The notes under the pieces: generated by a model
The model's database searches: none
What the model was told of the DNA's origin: nothing
Seen by the model: only the letters and a program-made list of their open reading frames with translations
Program-made: the position numbers and the translations under genes
Shown here: positions 1-12,915 of the stretch, one piece after another
Numbering within the stretch: the first letter of the stretch is position 1
Layout of the letters: every line of letters starts with the position of its first letter
From: Squalus acanthias
Lineage: Eukaryota
Assembly (NCBI GenBank): GCA_030390025.1
Contig: CM059432.1
Coordinates: forward strand, 99,760,001 to 99,824,000
DNA: 64,000 bases
Reading direction: 5' to 3'

Positions 1-20
1 TATCATGTTCTTATGTTCTT

Positions 21-140
21 ATATCACCGATCCTTCATCGTCGCTGGGTCAAAATCCTGGAACTCCCTACCTAACAGCACTGTGGGAGTACCTTCACCAC
101 ACGGACTGCAGTGGTTCAAGAAGGTGGCTCACCACCACCA
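21..140 (+). mobile_element. 3' end fragment of the second LINE family (same family as 25425-42527)
   Basis: Near-identical to 42331-42450 (ccgatccttcatcgtcgctgggtcaaaatcct...ctcaccaccacc). Confidence 0.8.
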
Positions 141-179
141 GCACCGCCCATATCCCATAAACAGGTTTTTATAAAATTG

Positions 180-845
180 ACAGCTATTTAACTATGGCAG
201 GCACATCACCCAAATATATTGCACCACACTCACTGACACACTTCCTTTTCTCTTACAGGCCAAGGTAGCATACAACAGGAGGGAGCAACAACTGAGACCC
301 TGATGGACCTCAAGGAATCAGTCCTTGAAATCATTGGAGGGGCAGTGACAGAGTCCGTGGGCAGCGGAGAAGTTAAAACCATTGCTGATGATAATGGTAT
401 GTTCATACCTAATCCTTCTTCTCACATCCCACTTACCCCCCTCATCCCACAATCTCTTCTCACTTACAAGCTGCTGATTGTGTATGCATGGATATCTTGC
501 TTTCATCCCATCCACTCACCACAAACCGACCCCTGTGCCTTTCTGCTTTCAGATACCCAAGAAGTGCCTTCAGCGCAGCCTGTCCCTTATCCTCAGCAAG
601 CTGATGGAGGAGACAAAGAAGAAGAAGACATTAGCACTGCCTGACACTCACAGACACCAGCTCAGAAAATGGCACTGAGTGTGCTTTAGAGGGTAGTATA
701 GTGGCGGGATCTGCATGTGGTGAGTCGCCGAGGATGAGTGGGCTGCAGCCATGCCAGGGGGAAATGGTTGTTCAGGTGCCAGCTCCCCAGAGGGCGAGTT
801 CACACATGAGTTCTGCTCCACAGGACTCAGATGATGACTTCAGCA
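180..845 (+). pseudogene. Degraded fragment of a Harbinger Myb/SANT accessory gene (exons 2-3)
   Basis: Acceptor ttacag|GCCAAGGTAGCATACAACAGG (AKVAYNRREQ) and RASSHMSSAPQDSDDD match exons 2 and 3 of the Myb genes at 21582-23484 and 2520-4058. Confidence 0.75.
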
Positions 846-1593
846 GGACCTCTGGGTTCCCTGTACTTCTGGATTCCCCAGCCGTTACAAGGTCACATCC
901 CTGCACCTTCCCTACCTCCCCATAAATATTGGGGCCAATATACTTCACAGAAGTGTTGGTGTCATTTGGAAGAAATTCATGCAATACATCGATTAACTTT
1001 ATGGAGCATTCACAGTCACCACAAAAAATTCACTTCCTGCATAACATACAGTCCTAAAGCTAAATTAATGTTTCAGGTGGGATACGTCATCAGAACATCT
1101 ATCTGAAATATTCATCTATTGTTCCCTTTCAGATATTGACTGAACTGCTGCATATTTCTGGATTTTTCTTTGTTTCTTTTAAATTGCAGATTTTATGCAT
1201 GTAGACCTAGAGTTACTGCTAGTTTCTTTTGTCAATGGGGGAAAAATTCATCCCCTTAGCGCCTCCCGTTAGTGCTAGCTGGCAACACTCACTAACCACC
1301 CAATCTGCTAAATTGATTGTCGCCACCTATCTTAGCGCCTGGAGTAAACACCGACAGGGAGAGCTGGTGTGAAGCACCAGGAAGCCGGCTCCAGGGATGT
1401 TATTTAAAGGAATCATCAGTAATGACTCACAGCTGTCAGGTTATTGCAGTTCAGTGGTTTCTTGTCAGTTTCACATGCTACAAAAGTTTCATTCAGTAAT
1501 TTCTAGGTTCTTTTGCATCAGGAGTGTTGTGGCAACTAAAAAGTAACTACATTTATTCTTCAAAGAATCAAACTGCTACACTTGGTTACATTA

Positions 1594-2519
1594 ATGGGGG
1601 CTGTACTGGCAGTCGACCTCACTCTCCAGGATCTATGGCGAAGGGAGCGGAGGCAGTGAGAAAGACTGGAACATGTGCCCAGAGGGAGGAGGAGGGCCAT
1701 CAGGGCTCTCAACAGCAGGCCTTACCCTCAGAGGGTATTCCGAAAGCACTTCTCCTACCTCCAATTAAGCGAGGAGCAGTGTATTAGAAGACTTTGCTTC
1801 ACCAAGGAGGTGGTCACAGAACTCTGCCACCTCCTGCAACCAGACCTCCAGCCTCAGACCAGGGCGACCACGGCTCTCCCAGTGACAGTCAAGGTCACCA
1901 TTGTCCTCAATTTCTTTGCCAGCGGATCCTTCCAGTCTGCAATAGGAGACATAGCTACCATCGCTGTCCATCACTGCATCCGGGAGTTCACAGAGGCTCT
2001 CTACTGTAGGAGAAGGAATTACATTTCCTTCCCCATCACCAGAGAGAAGCAGGACGAGCATGCATGTGGCTTTGCCAGGATAGCTGGATTCCCCGTGGTG
2101 CAGGGTGCCACTGACTGCACCCATGTTGCTTTGCGGGCACCGCATAACAATCCTGAGATCTTCCGTAACCGCAAAGGCTACCACTCACTTAATGTGCATT
2201 TGGTGTGCGACCACAGACAGTGAATCCTCAATGTCATGCCCGCTATCCTGGCAGCAGCCATGCTGCCTTCATTCTGCACCAGACCAGTGTTCCAGCACTC
2301 TTCCAGCCACCACGTCAAGCTCGCGGCTGGCTGGTCGGAGACAAGGGCTATCCGTTCTCCACCTGGCTCATGACTCCCCTCCACAATCCCAACACTCCTG
2401 CCCAGCACTCTTATAATCAGAGCCATGCTGCCACCAGGAACACCATCGAGCAGACCATCAGCCTGCTGAAGCAATGGTTCCGCTGCCTTGACTGCTCAGG
2501 AGGAGCCCTCCAGTACTCA
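1594..2519 (+). pseudogene. Harbinger DDE transposase (HARBI1-like), stop + frameshift, 3'-truncated
   Basis: Motifs [60 protein letters not shown] in ORFs 1675-2223 and 2205-2573; ATG 1594; TATTTAAA at 1401. Confidence 0.92.
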
Positions 2520-4058
2520 ACATCCCTCGCAATCTGTTGGAGCACAGATTGCTGGCCTGCTTCGACACCGTGAAAGCCCCGGTCGACGGTGGCAGACTCA
2601 GCCATGATGGCAGCAGTCTAAGCTTGCGTGGCATCAAGCTGAGACTGCATGAGAGCATTCTGAGATTGGATGCCACCAAGCATATACTGCATTACAGCAC
2701 TAATACGTTGCATCGCTTCCGCCTGTGCTACAATGGAAGCTGCCAGATCGCCCACCACATGTGGCATCAGGTCTGGGTTGCCACGGTCTCTCTGGGAGTC
2801 TACCATCCTTTGCAGACTGGAAATGATGGGCTCCATGGTGTGCACAGAGCCTTGTGCAATGTTGGAGGCGGACTCCTCCATGCTCATTACCATTGCCAAC
2901 AGGTTCTCGGGCACCCTTGCTATTGCACCTATCATCTTCGTGTGCATGCCCATCACCCTTCTTCTAAAGGCCTCTCCATTGAGGTCCTCATCTGAGTCCT
3001 GTGCAGCAGAACTCGCGCGTGAACTCGCCCTCCGGGGAGCTGGCCCCCGAGCTACCCTTTCCCTCTGGCCTTGCTGCAGCCCATCTGTCCCCAGTGCCTC
3101 ACCCTGTGCAGATCCCACTACTATACTAGCCTCTAAAGCACTCGTAGTGCCAGTATCTGAGCTGGTGTCTGCGGGTGAGAGATGCAGTGACACTGTGTGT
3201 TCGTCCTCCTCCTCTTCTCCCACTTCACTCTCTACGCTACCCTCAGGGATAGGCTGCTCAGGTGCTTGCTGATTATCTGAAAGATAAACGCACAAGAGTC
3301 GGGTTAAGGTGAGGGGAGGGGGGCAGGAAAAGAGAAATGCATGCATACAGCATAATTAGATGGAAAGTGCGAAACGCTTGTGGGGTGAGGGGGAATTGGG
3401 ATGTGAGAAGAAGGAGTAGGGACATACCATTGTTTTCCTCGGGGGGTCGATGTCGCCGGTGGCCACGGCGTCCACCACCTGGCGCCCAATAATCTGCAGC
3501 ACTCGATTCTCCAGTGCAGGCAGTGGTTGGGTGTCGGCTTGTCCCCCACCTGTGTGCTTCTGCTCCCTCCTGTTGTGAGCCACCTTGGCCTGCAAGAGAA
3601 AGGAAAGTGCGTGAGTGATGTGGAGCAATGTGTTTGGGTAATGTGCCTGCCATAGTTGAATAGCTGCCATTGTGTGCAAGGCGTGAGTTGTGGGTGTGAG
3701 TGTTGGTAGGTAGAGATTGTTGGTGGGTGAGTGCTGGGGGTGTGGTGCTTTGGGCAGTGTGTGAAGACTGTGGTTCAGATGGTGGTATGTATCATTTGTT
3801 GAAGCATTCACTCACCCTGACCACCCAAGTGAGATCGTTAAATTTCTTTCTGCACTGTGTGTGAATCCTAGGGACCACAGTGCTGCCCGAGACATGCTGC
3901 ACTACCTCCCTCCACATGGTGCAGAAGATTTGTGGCGAGGGCCTCCTGCCACTTGTCACGTAGAGCACCGCCCTCCATCTCTTCACAGCGAAAACTAATG
4001 CCTTGAATGCATCATCGCCGAATCTGCGGGCTCTCTCCCTGAGGTATGGATCTGCCAT
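2520..4058 (-). pseudogene. Harbinger Myb/SANT DNA-binding protein gene, 3 exons (4058-3816, 3589-3428, 3276-~2520), truncated
   Basis: RARRF..W.EV..VS..R...QCRKKFNDL trihelix motif; GT-AG introns at the same positions as in the other copies; stop near 2618. Confidence 0.88.
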
Positions 4059-7000
4059 GAGTACAGCTGGTACAGTCCTCCAGCTCCTTCTCCTTGTCCT
4101 GCTTCTGCTTGCGGAGGCAGCTGCACAGCCAGCAATACTGAGAATGAGGTGCTGCAGCATCAATGAACCTCCGCTTTAACTAGTGAAAAAAGCCTGTGAC
4201 AATCAGGACTTGCGATTAGACTGCACCTGACACTGGTCCACCCTTTGAGTATAACGCCAATGAGCTTGGTTTTGGGCTTTAAGACTTGAATTCGGACTCC
4301 AATCATTTTTTTGAGCAGTGAGCATGAATTTTGCGTGCAGTCTAAAGCATTCGCGCCTGGTGCTAATTCTCCAACTTTTCTACTGACACCGCCCATTCCT
4401 TGGCTATAACGAATTTCGAGCCCAAGGGGTTTTAATCATTAAGACAAAATGAGTCACGTAAAAATACATTATTGTAATAAACTTTTTCACTTTTGTATTA
4501 AAGCATTACAGCTGTGCTTTACAATCTTATCCCAGGCAACTATAATTGTACACAGAACTATATAAAAACACGAACACATTCTGATCTACCTCAGTATCTC
4601 AAACGACTTTAATGCCTGAAAAGAGATGCACTAAATAGAATTTTACGAAGTGCTGGTCATGTTCCTAAAACTTTAAATAAGACGTTAAGGCAACCTAGGA
4701 TCAGACACTTCCAAAGAGATTTTATAATTCTTTGAGAGGATGCCTTATTTTCCATCTAGTGCATTAGCAAGAAGCTCTGATAATTTTTTGACAATGAAAA
4801 TTCTCACAATAAAGATAAATTCTTGGATTTGATGAATTCCACTGAAAATGTTTTGTTCAACAACTAATCTGTTATACATTCATCTAAGTAGGTGCTTGAT
4901 ATAGAAACATTCCCAACTATACACCTTACCAGGGCATCAGCCATACAGCAACTGCAATCGAGCAAACATTGATGAGACTCCAATCAAACTGTTCACTTTC
5001 CCCTCCAGCTTTCCAATGTAAATGCATTACAAATTAAAACCGATGTGGAACACACAGATAACCACCTAAATTGGTCAACCTCCGCAAAAAGAAATTTTAA
5101 AAAGTAAACTTGCATACATTTTTCCTACAACATATTTAAAACTTATAATTAATACAGAATCGTCTCTGTTACATTACTTGCCAAATCTGTATAATTCCAT
5201 CTCAGCAACTTGTCTTAACTCCATTTTAGTCTTCCTTATCAGGCCTGCTGTTAATAGATAAGGGGTAATTAAATGATTGCAAAATTGACACAGATGTAGT
5301 AGGCCAATTGGCCGATCCCATCTAATCCCTTCAGAAAAAGCTACATTCATTCCCTCTCATATCTAATTATTTCTTAAGTTATTTCAGGGTCCTTATCTCC
5401 AGAGCCGTACCTAAAAGTTCCGTCCACTTGTTGATCACTCTTTTTGTGAAGAAGAACTTCCTGACATTGGCCCTAAATTTGCCATTCACCAGACAGAATC
5501 AGTGTCTGCTTGTCCTAATTCATTCTCTTGAAGATGGCCTTTTTAAAATTCAAATTTCTAGCTATTTCCTCAGTTGAATTCAATTCCAGATCAGGAAAAC
5601 AAAAAGAGCGAACTGTAAGACTATTGAATTCAACAACCTTGTCAGCAAGTGACATTGTCTACAAACGACTAGATATTAAATGGGAACGTTGAATTACAGC
5701 AAAGTGTACACACTGAAGAACTTTTGTAATTTTCTATAATTACAGTGTGACACATGTTAAGTGAACACTTTAAGTGCATCTCTAATAATTGAATGCTAGA
5801 TATATAAAGTACTTATTGACAGTTTTAGTTTTGTATATCTTGACATTCATTCTGTATCAGGTTGAAGTCTCCAATTAATTCTGGTAGAATAGATCATATA
5901 TGTGATTGGAATTAAAAGCTTAATGAGCTATTACCGTGTGTTCCAGCTCTCTGCAGTTGAAACCAGATGGAATATGCTATGCTACCTGCCAACACTTGAT
6001 GTTCATTAATGCAATTTGACTAAAATACATTACAAAAAATTATTACATCTCATCAGAATTTCTTTCAAGTATTCAGAAACAAATGTTTCTAGTGTGATTA
6101 ATTCAGATTCATATCTTAGACCACTAACATTCTCTCCTATTTGTTCAACAAGACAGTGGATAATCAATCACTCTTTACAATTAGACTGAAGAATAGGAAA
6201 AAGCTTTGGTATGAGCACAGAAATCTGAGTATGTAGATATAAAGAGCCAGATGGTATTGGCCTTCAGGATATTTAGTGCCAGAACAGACGTATGTAACTG
6301 CAGATGTTAGAACTTGATAGCAGATGGCATATTACTAGAGTAGTGCAGGATCTCTGCATTGTTTTATGGTTCAACACTTTAGAATGCTTAGCAACATATA
6401 TGTGACGAATACTGGAGAATTGTATGGTAACGGATTTATAGAAGGTTAATTTGGTTATGGACATATGGGCATAGATTTTTTTTTGGAAAAGGCCATTCCT
6501 TCTTCATATAAAAATCTAAATCGCTCAGCTTCTCACCGAAAGAGTAATTCCAGGTTCCAGCACTTCCAAGGTGCTCGCAATAAGCACATCATGAAAAATC
6601 ATGGGTGTGAATCCCCTGATTTTCCATCCATTAAAACAAGGGCTGCATGCCCATAATTTCCCAAACTGTGCCCCCATGGAAGTGATTCAATCTTCTGGAT
6701 CACAGCATCACCCCTCATATTCCTCAAGCCCTTCTTTTTCCTACAAAAATATCTGATTGCCTTTTGAACCCATTGTGACATCAGCTTCAATGGTAACTAA
6801 CGTCACAAATCAATGAAGTCTGTCTGAAACATTAACCAATCTTTTCTCTTTCCAAATGCTGATCAACTTACTGAGTATTTCCAGCATTTTCTGTAACTGT
6901 TTTAAGTTAAAGCATTAATTATTTTGCAAGAGAAACAATAATTGATCTGTGTGTCAGCTGTGGCTCAGTTGGTAGCACCCTCGCCTCTGAGTCAGAAGGT

Positions 7001-7142
7001 TGTGGGTTCAAGTCCAACTCCAGAGACTTGAGCACCAAAATCTAGGCTGACACTCGAGTGCAGTACTGAGTGAGTGCTGCACTGTCGGAGGTGCTGTATT
7101 TCAGATGAGACTAGGAGGAAGCAGTCAGTGTAGGGATCCTCT

Positions 7143-7790
7143 GTGGTCGTTCCCCTCAGTAACAGGTATACCGCTTTGAATACTGTTGAGGGGGACGACT
7201 TACCAGTGGTAAGCCACGGTGAACGGATCTCCGGCGCTGGGTCCGTCCCTGTGGCTCAGAAGGGAAGGGGGGAGAGCAGGAGAGCAATAGTTATTGGGGA
7301 CTCAATAGTCAGAGGGACAGATAGGAGGTTCTGTGGCAGTAAAAGAGACTCACGGATGGTATGTTGCCTCCCGGGTGCCAGGGTCCGTGACGTCTCGGAC
7401 CGTGTTTTCAGAATCCTCAAAGGGGAAGGGGAACAATCACAAGTCGTGGTACACATCGGTACCAACGACATAGGTAGGAGAAGGGACGGGGATTTAAAAC
7501 AGGAATTTAGGGAGCTAGGTTGGAAGCTGAGAGCCAGTACAAACCATGTTGTAATTTCTGGTTTGTTGCCGGTGCCACGTGCTAGCGAGTTGAGGAACAG
7601 GGAGAGAGTGCAGATAAACACGTGGCTGCAGGGATGGTGTAGGGGGGAGGGTTTCAGTTATGTGGATAATTGGAGCACATTCTGGGGAAGGTGGGACCTG
7701 TACAAACAGGACGGTTTGCACCTGAACCAGAGGGGCACCAATATCCTGGGAGGGAAATTTGCTACGGCTCTTCGGGGGGATTTAAACTAA
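7143..7790 (+). CDS. CR1 ORF1p C-terminal part, SGNH/GDSL esterase domain (no true start)
   Basis: LSNRY, VIGDSIVRG, CLPGA, HIGTND, DGLHL motifs; open frame to TAA 7790. Confidence 0.88.
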   Translation: MVVPLSNRYTALNTVEGDDLPVVSHGERISGAGSVPVAQKGRGESRRAIVIGDSIVRGTDRRFCGSKRDSRMVCCLPGARVRDVSDRVFRILKGEGEQSQVVVHIGTNDIGRRRDGDLKQEFRELGWKLRASTNHVVISGLLPVPRASELRNRERVQINTWLQGWCRGEGFSYVDNWSTFWGRWDLYKQDGLHLNQRGTNILGGKFATALRGDLN

Positions 7791-10597
7791 TTTGTCAGGG
7801 GGATGGGAAAAAGGGCTGTAGTCCACGAGCCAGTGGTGAGTGTAGGGAGGTACTGAGGAGGGTATCAAGGTCGCAGGAATGTACCGGCAGACAGGAAGAT
7901 GGCTTGAAGTGTGTCTACTTCAATGCAAGGAGCATCCGGAATAAGGTAGGAGAACTTGGAGCGTGGATTGGTACTTGGGACTACGATGTGGCGGCCATTA
8001 CGGAGACATGGTTAGAACAGGGACAGGAATGGTTGTTGGAAGTTCCGGGGTATAGATGTTTCAGTAAGAGTAGGGAAGTTGGTAAGAAAGGTGGAGGAGT
8101 AGCATTGTTAATCAAGGATAGTTTAACAGCGGCAGAGAGGCAGTTCGAGGGGGATCTGCCGTCTGAGGTAATATGGGCTGAAGTTAGAATTAGGAAAGGA
8201 GCGGTCACGTTGTTAGGAGTTTTCTACAGGCCCCCAAATAGTAATAAAGATGTGGAGGAAGAAATTGCAAAGCAGATTATGAATAGGTGTGGAGGTCACA
8301 GAGTAGTTGTCATGGGTGACTTCAACTTTCCAAATATTGATTGGAACCTTTATAGGTCAAACAGTTCGGATGGGATAGTTTTTGCACAGTTTGTGCAGGA
8401 GGGTTTCCTGACACAATATGTGGATAGGCCGACAAGAGGTGGGGCCACGTTGGATTTGGTACTGGGTAATGAACCGGGCCAAGTGTTTGATTTGTATGTG
8501 GGAGAGCACTTTGGAGATAGTGACCACAATTCGGTAACTTTCACTATTGCAATGGAGAGGGATAGGGCCATACGGCAGGGCAGGGTTTATAATTGGGGGA
8601 GGGGTAATTATGATGCGATTAGGCAAGAATTAGGGAGTATAAGATGGGAACAGAAACTATCAGGGAAAGGCACAAACGAAAAGTGGAGCTTTTTCATGGA
8701 GCAATTACTGCGTGTCCTTGATAGGTATGTCCCTGTCAGGCAGGGAGGAAATGGCCGAGTGAGAGAACCATGGTTCACAAAAGAGGTTGAATGTCTAGTC
8801 AAGAGGAAAAAGGAAGCGTATGTAAGGATGAGAAAACAAGGTTCAGTTGGGTCGATTGAGGGGTACAAGGTAGCAAGGAATGAGCTAAAAAAAGAGCTTA
8901 GGAGAGCTAGGAGGAGGCATGAGAAGTCCTTGGCGGGTCAGATCAAGAAAAACCCCAAGGCTTTTTACTCTTATGTGAGAAATAAAAGAATGACCAGGGT
9001 GAGGGTAGGGCCGGTCAAGGACAGTAGTGGGAACTTGTGCATGGAGTCAGAAGAGATAGGAGAGGTGATGAATGAATACTTTTCGTCAGTGTTCACCGAG
9101 GAGAGGGGCCATGTTCTTGAGGATGAGAGTGTGATAAAGGTGGATAGGCTGGAGGTGGTAGATGTTCTGAGGGAAGATGTTTTAGCAATTTTGAAGAACC
9201 TGAGGGTCGATAAGTCCCCTGGGCCAGATGGGATATATCCTAGGATTCTTTGGGAGGCAAGGGAGGAGATTGCAGAGCCTCTGGCTTTGATCTTTGGGTC
9301 CTCACTGTCCACGGGGATGGTGCCAGAGGACTGGAGAGTGGCGAATGTTGTTCCTCTCTTCAGGAAAGGAAATAGGAATGACCCTGGTAATTATAGGCCG
9401 GTTAGTCTTACTTCGGTGGTTGGTAAGATAATGGAAAAGGTCCTGAGGGATAGGATTTATGACCATTTGGAAAGGGGCAACTTAATCAGGGATAGTCAAC
9501 ACGGATTCGTGAAGGGTAAGTCTTGCCTAACAAATTTGATTGAATTCTTTGAGGAGGTAACTAAGTGTGTAGATGAAGGTAGAGCAGTTGATGTCGTATA
9601 CATGGATTTTAGTAAGGCGTTTGATAAGGTTCCCCATGGTCGTCTCATGAAGAAAGTAAGGAGTTGTGGGATAGAGGGAAATTTGGCCGATTGGATAAGT
9701 AACTGGCTATCTCATAGAAGGCAGAGGGTGGTGGTGGATGGAACATTTTCGGACTGGAGACCAGTTACCAGCGGTGTGCCACAGGGGTCGGTGCTGGGTC
9801 CTCTGCTGTTTGTGATTTTTATCAATGACTTGGAGGAGGGGACTGAAGGGTGGATCAGTAAATTTGCTGATGACACCAAGATTGGTGGAGTAGTGGATGA
9901 GGTGGAGGGCAGTTGTAGGCTGCAAAGAGACATTGATAGGATGCAGAGCTGGGCCGAAAAATGGCAGATGGAATTTAACCCTGATAAGTGCGAGGTGATT
10001 CATTTTGGTAGGGCAAATTTGAATAAGGATTACAGGGTCAACGGCAGGGTTCTGAGGAACGTGGAGGAGCAGAGGGATCTGGGGGTTCATATCCACAGAT
10101 CTCTGAAGGTTGCCACTCAAGTGGATAGAGCAGTAAAGAAGGCCTATGGTGTGTTGGCGTTTATTAACAGAGGGTTTGAGTTTAAGAACCGCGAGGTTAT
10201 GCTGCAACTGTACAGGACCTTGGTGAGACCACATTTGGAATATTGTGTGCAGTTCTGGTCACCTCACTATAGGAAGGACGTGGAAGCATTGGAAAGAGTG
10301 CAAAGGAGATTTACCAGGATGCTGCCTGGTTTGGGGGGGAGGTCTTATGAGGAAAGATTGAGGGAGTTGGGGCTTTTCTCTTTAGAGCGGAGGAGGATGA
10401 GAGGCGACTTAATAGAGGTTTATAAGATGATGAGGGGGATAGATAGAGTGGATGTTCAGAGACTATTTCCTCGGGTAGAGGCAGCTGTTACAAGGGGGCA
10501 TAACTATAAGGTGCATGGGGGAGATATAGAAGGGATGTCCGAGGTAGATTCTTTACTCAGAGAGTGGTTGGGGTGTGGAATGGACTGCCTGCTGTGA
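7780..10597 (+). CDS. CR1 ORF2p: AP endonuclease + reverse transcriptase, open except a frameshift near the C-terminus
   Basis: NARSI, ITETW, GGGVA, YRPP, MGDFN, SDH (EN); [40 protein letters not shown] (RT). Frame departs from consensus at the G run ~10516-10521. Track start 7670 is TTG, not ATG. Confidence 0.93.
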
Positions 10598-11208
10598 TAG
10601 TGGAGTCGGACACTTTAGGAACTTTCAAGCGGTTATTGGATAAGCACATGGAGCACACCAGAGTGATAGGGAGTGTGATAGCTTGATCTTGGTCTCGGAC
10701 AATGCTCGGCACAACATCGAGGGCCGAAGGGCCTGTACTGTGCTGTACTGTTCTATGTTCTATGTTCTATGTTCTATGAGACGTTAAACCGAGGCCCCGT
10801 CTGCTCTCTCAGGTGGACGTAAAAGATCCCATGGCACTATTTCAAAGAAGAGCAGGGGAGTTATCCCCGGTGTCCTGGCCAATATTTATCCCTCAATGAA
10901 CGTAACAAAAACAGATTATCTGGTCATTATCACATTGCTGTTTGTGGGAGCTTGCTGTGCGCAAATTGGCTGCCGTGTTTCCTACATTACAACAGTGACT
11001 CCACTTCAAAAGTACTTCATTGGCTGTAAAGCGCTTTCAGATGTCCGGTGGTCGTGAAAGGCGCTATATAAATGCAAGTCTTTCATTCTTTTACTTTCTC
11101 ACTGAGGGAATGTCATTTCACTGACATTTGAAATCTAAAAGTGTGTCTACACTCTAACCATAGCATTGCATTGAAAGGATAGCTTTGCTAAACTTGGAAT
11201 ATAAACAT

Positions 11209-12915
11209 GGGGCTGGATTTTACTAACCTCGGTAGGTCTGTGGCGGGCGACGTCGGTGGTGGGTCCTGGCTTAGTTGCTGTCTCCATCCCGCTGTCCAAA
11301 ATGACTTTCCCCTGATTGGGCTTGTTAAGCCTGCCCAGCGCATTTGCTGGCCAATTGAAGGAAGTGGGTCTGATGACATCATTTGATGACGCTTCATCAG
11401 CTGGTTTCCTTAAAGGGACCATGTCCACATTCATTTTGACAGTTGTGCTGTCAGTGTTCTGCAGCATTGAGGTGCTGCAAACACTGACAAGCACTGCACA
11501 GAGGTGCACGGCTGCACCCAGGCTCTCGAATTACTCCCTCTATATGCTTATGGAGGGAGTCAGAGCACGCACAGAGGTTCTCTTCCCTTCCAATGGGCGG
11601 AAGAGACCTCCCCAGGAGACCAACGCAGCCTGGTTGCACATTGTACAGGAGGGCACAAGCAGGGATGTTGTCAGGAGGACCAGGCTGCAGTGGCACAAAC
11701 CTTGCAATGATCTCAGCAGATCACAAAACATAACTGCCAAGCCACACTCAACCTCATCCTGCTGTGCCACTCATCACATCCCCATCACTCTGCCTTCCCT
11801 ACCCCACTCCTGCACATCCTTACACCAACTTACCTTGCACCTCCACCCATCCCTTTCTATCTACATTATCACTTCCCCATCTCACTAGCCACCCCTAACA
11901 CTCACGCTCATCCTAGTCCAATCACACCAAGTAACAACACATAGGGGTAGGCACTTGGCTGTTTTAGCCAATGTTCATGTGAAGTTTCTGTGAATTATCT
12001 CTCAAACATTGAAACCTTTATTTTGAACATTTTGCGTTCTTGGACAGATTTGTGTGCATCTTTGGAAGTGGCTTAGTGAGTTGCAGTGAATGGTGAGACA
12101 TAATGGTACCCCCTGCAATGGTGATGAGTGTGAAAGGAATGGCTTGGGCATTGTAGGGATGCTTTATGGTGTTGGTGTGGGGTAGTGCCAACCTGGCACA
12201 TCATGTGGCAGCCAGGGTGTACAGCATCAAGTAAAGTAAATCTGGCCATGATGAGGCCATCCCTTCGTCCCGGGCAGCAATGTGGTTGGGTGCTGATGCC
12301 CTGTGTCCTGTGCAGCATCAGGTGATTGTGGAGAAGGTTGGTGTTGTTGTTGGTTCTGCTGGTGTTGGGGCTGATCGTGGTGGGATTCTGAGGACCAAGG
12401 TGAGATAGTTTCAAGGGCACTGATGCTGATGTAATAGATGGCAGGTGAAGTTAAGATGACAGAAGCGATCTGTCAATGGTGAGAGAGGTTGATCCAATGA
12501 GGTGACACTGGATAGAGAGTTTACTCCAAACACTTGCAAGCTGCATAAAGCTCAATCTGTCTTCCAAATACAGTAAGCAACAGCTTCTGAGATTGGAAAG
12601 TGAACAGCTGTGAGATGGGAGCCTTTATAGCACATTTGTAGCTGTCAAGTGCTGCGATGATTCCATGGCCATTCACCTCCCGACCTGTTTACCTGACGTG
12701 ATCCCCGAGCAGTGTAGACCCCATAGATGACATGGTAAATGCTGAGGGTGAGCTTAAAATAGTTCTTAATGGTCTGTTAACAAGGTTATAATGACCTGAA
12801 TTGTCTCCCCCACCGCTGTGTGTCGGGTTTGCTCAGTGTTGACACACCCGACATTTGGGAAAGGCGCGTGGCGGCGGGTTGACAGTAGGGCCTGAGACTC
12901 TGTCAAAAATGGTCT
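11209..12915 (+). mobile_element. Old non-autonomous Harbinger-like element with Myb/SANT exon remnant
   Basis: Left end GGGGCTGGATTTT shared with 30126; ORF 11316-11888 holds a degenerate AAPRLS..L...V..R.EVLFP..W...R...QW.K..NDL Myb motif. Right boundary uncertain. Confidence 0.6.

Larger units (their letters stand above)
1237..4423 (+). mobile_element. PIF/Harbinger DNA transposon copy H1 (family A), internally deleted
   Basis: Termini GGGGGAAAAATTC ... GAATTTCGAGCCC; convergent transposase (+) and Myb gene (-); homologous to 21226-25215 in the opposite orientation. Confidence 0.9.
7112..10775 (+). mobile_element. CR1 LINE, 5'-truncated within ORF1, young
   Basis: 7-bp TSD ATGAGAC (7105-7111, 10776-10782); (CTATGTT)n tail; ORF1 + ORF2. 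Confidence 0.95.
6952..11085 (+). mobile_element. SacSINE1-like DeuSINE, split by a CR1 insertion (head 6952-7111, body/tail 10776-11085)
   Basis: tRNA-like A box TGGCTCAGTTGG and B box GGTTCAAGTCC; Deu-type core GTAAAAGATCCCATGGCAC...TGTCCTGGCCAA; uninterrupted relative at 45601-46020. Confidence 0.85.

Noticed and set aside
4430..6950. Host gene exons in AT-rich stretches (also 17750-21200 and 42530-45180)
   Set aside because: Only short ORFs without recognisable domains; parts are decayed CR1/MITE relics. Small exons cannot be excluded without RNA-seq or homology search.
6952..7025. tRNA gene (also 35200-35272 and 45601-45660)
   Set aside because: A/B boxes present, but each continues into a SINE body without a full cloverleaf; these are SINE heads.
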